Notes under the pieces: model-generated
Seen by the model: the letters and a program-made list of their open reading frames with translations, nothing else
What the model was told of the DNA's origin: nothing
Database searches by the model: none
Position numbers and translations under genes: made by a program
Part shown: positions 61,855 through 64,000 of the stretch, piece by piece
How positions within the stretch are numbered: the first letter of the stretch is position 1
How the letters are laid out: each line of letters starts with the position of its first letter
NCBI GenBank assembly: GCA_010093995.1
Contig: ML992512.1
Coordinates: forward strand, 815,831-879,830
Source: Elsinoe ampelina
Lineage: Eukaryota
DNA: 64,000 nt
Direction of reading: 5' to 3'

Positions 61855-63351
61855 ATGTTGAACTTGCTCCTTCTGACTGTACTGCCTTATCTAGTAGCGG
61901 CTCAGTCGTCGTCTTCCTGCGGTCCTGCGCCTTCCGGCTCCATCAGGCCTTCAATCGCGTCAGGCTATACATATCAGGTCGTCGCGACTGGATTGTCCGA
62001 CCCGCGAGGTCTCGCCTTTGACCGTCACGGAAATCTTCTCGTGGTGGAGTCTGAGCGAGGACGCATCTCTGCTCACAGGCTGGAGACTGACAACAATGGC
62101 TGTGTTTCTGTTGCCGACTCAAGGGATGTGACACCAGATGGACTTGATGTGAGTTCTGGGCTGAGTCGGTCTTTCTGTCAATTCTGACCATTTTAGCTCA
62201 ATCATGGTATCGCGGTCAGCGAAGACGGTAACACGCTGTATGCCTCCAACGCCGATGAAGCCTATTCGTGGGAGTACAACACAGATGGCCGCACCGTCAA
62301 CAACCGTCGGACCCTCGTCCAGAATATGACTGGCAGTGATCATAGCACGCGGACACTTGAGCTGTCTCGCGCGGCACCGGGCATACTGATCATCTCCTTT
62401 GGCAGCCAGAGCAACTATGATGCCCTAGCGACTGATGTCACGTCCGGAAGTGCCTCGGTCAGCGCTTTCAATATCACCGCTCTGGGTTCGGAACCCTACA
62501 CCTACCAGACTGATGGGACTCTCCTCGGCTGGGGTCTTCGAAACGAAGTCGGCATTGCTGAGCATCCTGTGACCGGCGGTATCTGGGGCGTCGAGAATAG
62601 CGCCGATCAGATGATTCGCTACGGTGTCGACATTCATGCGAATAACCCCGCCGAGGAGCTCAACTTCCTGGGAAACATAAGCGAGATGGTCTCTAGTGAC
62701 CCCAACGTCGGTTACCAAGGCCCTAATTACGGATACCCATGGTGCTTCTCTGCCTGGGACACCGCCGACCTTCCCCAGAATTCTGGCATTGAAGTTGGCA
62801 ACCAATTTGCCATCTCTCCAGTCGATGCTCTCGGCAACAGAAACCAGACTGACGAGTTCTGTGCCAACCGCACCGCCGCCAGACTGGTCTTCCAATCGCA
62901 CATGGCGCCGCTTGACATCAAGTTCAACAACTCTGCAACTGAGGCATGGATCGCTTTCCATGGTTCCTGGAACTCGCCAGACCCAGTGGGATACAAGATG
63001 TCCTATGTCCGCTTCAACGAGCAGGGAGAACCAGTTGAGCCCAGCACCAGCACGACCGCAGCCATTGACATCTTTGCCAACCAGGACAACAGCAGGTGTC
63101 CGAGAGATTGCTTCCGTCCTGCGACCATGGCTATTGACGGGCAAGGCAGGATCTTCATGAGCAGCGACTCGAGTGGAGAGATCTACATGGTCCGTCGTGC
63201 CGAGGGCAGCAGTGGCACCACGCCTAGCACGCCTAGCACGACTGGTGGAAGCGGTAGCACACCGAGTCCCACAGGTGGTGTGGCCAGAGTTGTGCCAGGT
63301 TGGTGTCTAGTGGCAGCCTTGTCATTGGCGGCTGTCATGGCTGGGATGTGA
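61855..63351 (+). CDS. Secreted, probably GPI-anchored PQQ-dependent glucose/sorbosone-type dehydrogenase (CAZy AA12-like); intron 62149-62196
   Basis: Signal peptide, PRGLAFD, LNHGI, HSTRTL, GWGLRNEVG, NPAEELN, NYGYPWC, HMAPLD, FHGSWN and CFRP. S/T/G linker and hydrophobic C-terminal tail. Confidence 0.85.
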
Positions 63352-63500
63352 GATCAAGTACTGTAATTCAGTATCAGAATGAATGTACGAATATTTGTCA
63401 AGCGACCTAATCTGCACAAAGGTCGAATGCTTTTCAGACATTAAAAATATGAATCCAACCCATCAGCGCCATCATCCCCTCGCGCTTTTGATCCCCAAAT

Positions 63501-64000
63501 CTACGCCTCATCCGTGCTATTGAAATAATGATTCACAACCGGCACCTTGGTATTGCTCCCATACGCACTCCCTCCATAATCCAAATACCCACTCGTATAC
63601 GGCGTACTCGGGAACTTTGCCTTCAACTCCTTCGCCGACCCAAACACCCAAACGGTATTCATCCCTTGCTGCAACAACACGTCAGTCACATTTCCCTCCT
63701 CTCAATCTCATCATGTACTACTACTCACCACCGCATGCGCCGCAATATGACAATGCGCCATCCAAGCCCCGACATTCTGCTTGGTAACCCTCACCCTCCA
63801 CGCCCGCCACCCCATGGTCACATTCGCCCTGCTCGACAGCCCATCGTCCGTGTACCTGTACAAAACCGTCGTGTCCCTCCTCGCGGGCACGTACCCGGCA
63901 TTGACCAACTTCCTCTCGTTCCTGACGGCATTGTACGACCCGTTGCCGCTCCCGAGGTCGTAGACGTGTTCGCCGTGCATGTGCATCGGGTGCGAGTCAA
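63501..64000 (-). CDS. Multicopper oxidase (ascorbate-oxidase-like, AA1), 3' part only; intron 63669-63728
   Basis: Copper motifs HPMHMHG and spliced GAWMAHCHIAAHAVQGM (Met at the axial position). The gene runs off the window end. Confidence 0.85.

Noticed and set aside
1..64000. CRISPR arrays, tRNA/rRNA genes, transposase or reverse-transcriptase ORFs, secondary-metabolite backbone genes
   Set aside because: None seen. There are no spaced direct repeats, tRNA A/B boxes in cloverleaf context, or DDE, RT, PKS or NRPS motifs.

Overview
Gene-dense 64 kb window from a filamentous ascomycete (Pezizomycotina; a Dothideomycete is my inference from gene content and very short 44-65 nt introns with CTRAC branch sites). 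I can support about 27 protein-coding genes. Conserved nuclear and housekeeping genes: LCL2, NOP10, GUS1, TRA1, CDC16, YJU2, FAL1, PRP9, COG2, VMA1, MLP1/TPR, TFA2, a UDP-galactose transporter and an intact meiotic MER3. Metabolic or secreted genes: two alpha/beta hydrolases, a GPI-LysM protein, a GH31 alpha-xylosidase, an SDR, an AKR, an inositol-dehydrogenase-like gene, an AA12-like PQQ dehydrogenase and the 3' end of a multicopper oxidase. I found no tRNA, rRNA, CRISPR array or intact transposon; the first ~130 bp look like a RIP-degraded repeat edge. The main unexplained structure is about 10 islands of ~1 kb in which the + strand flips from extreme C(A)-rich to extreme G(T)-rich. The polarity is always the same, regardless of gene strand or gene boundaries, and it visibly remodels the encoded proteins. 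Other notable points: a spliceosomal intron in VMA1 at the position matching the PI-SceI (VDE intein) top-strand cut site, an in-frame 80-aa N-terminal extension upstream of VMA1, a 1-nt frameshift at the start of YJU2, a GC-AG intron, and several stop-free 3n introns. All gene models were read by eye and no database search was run.
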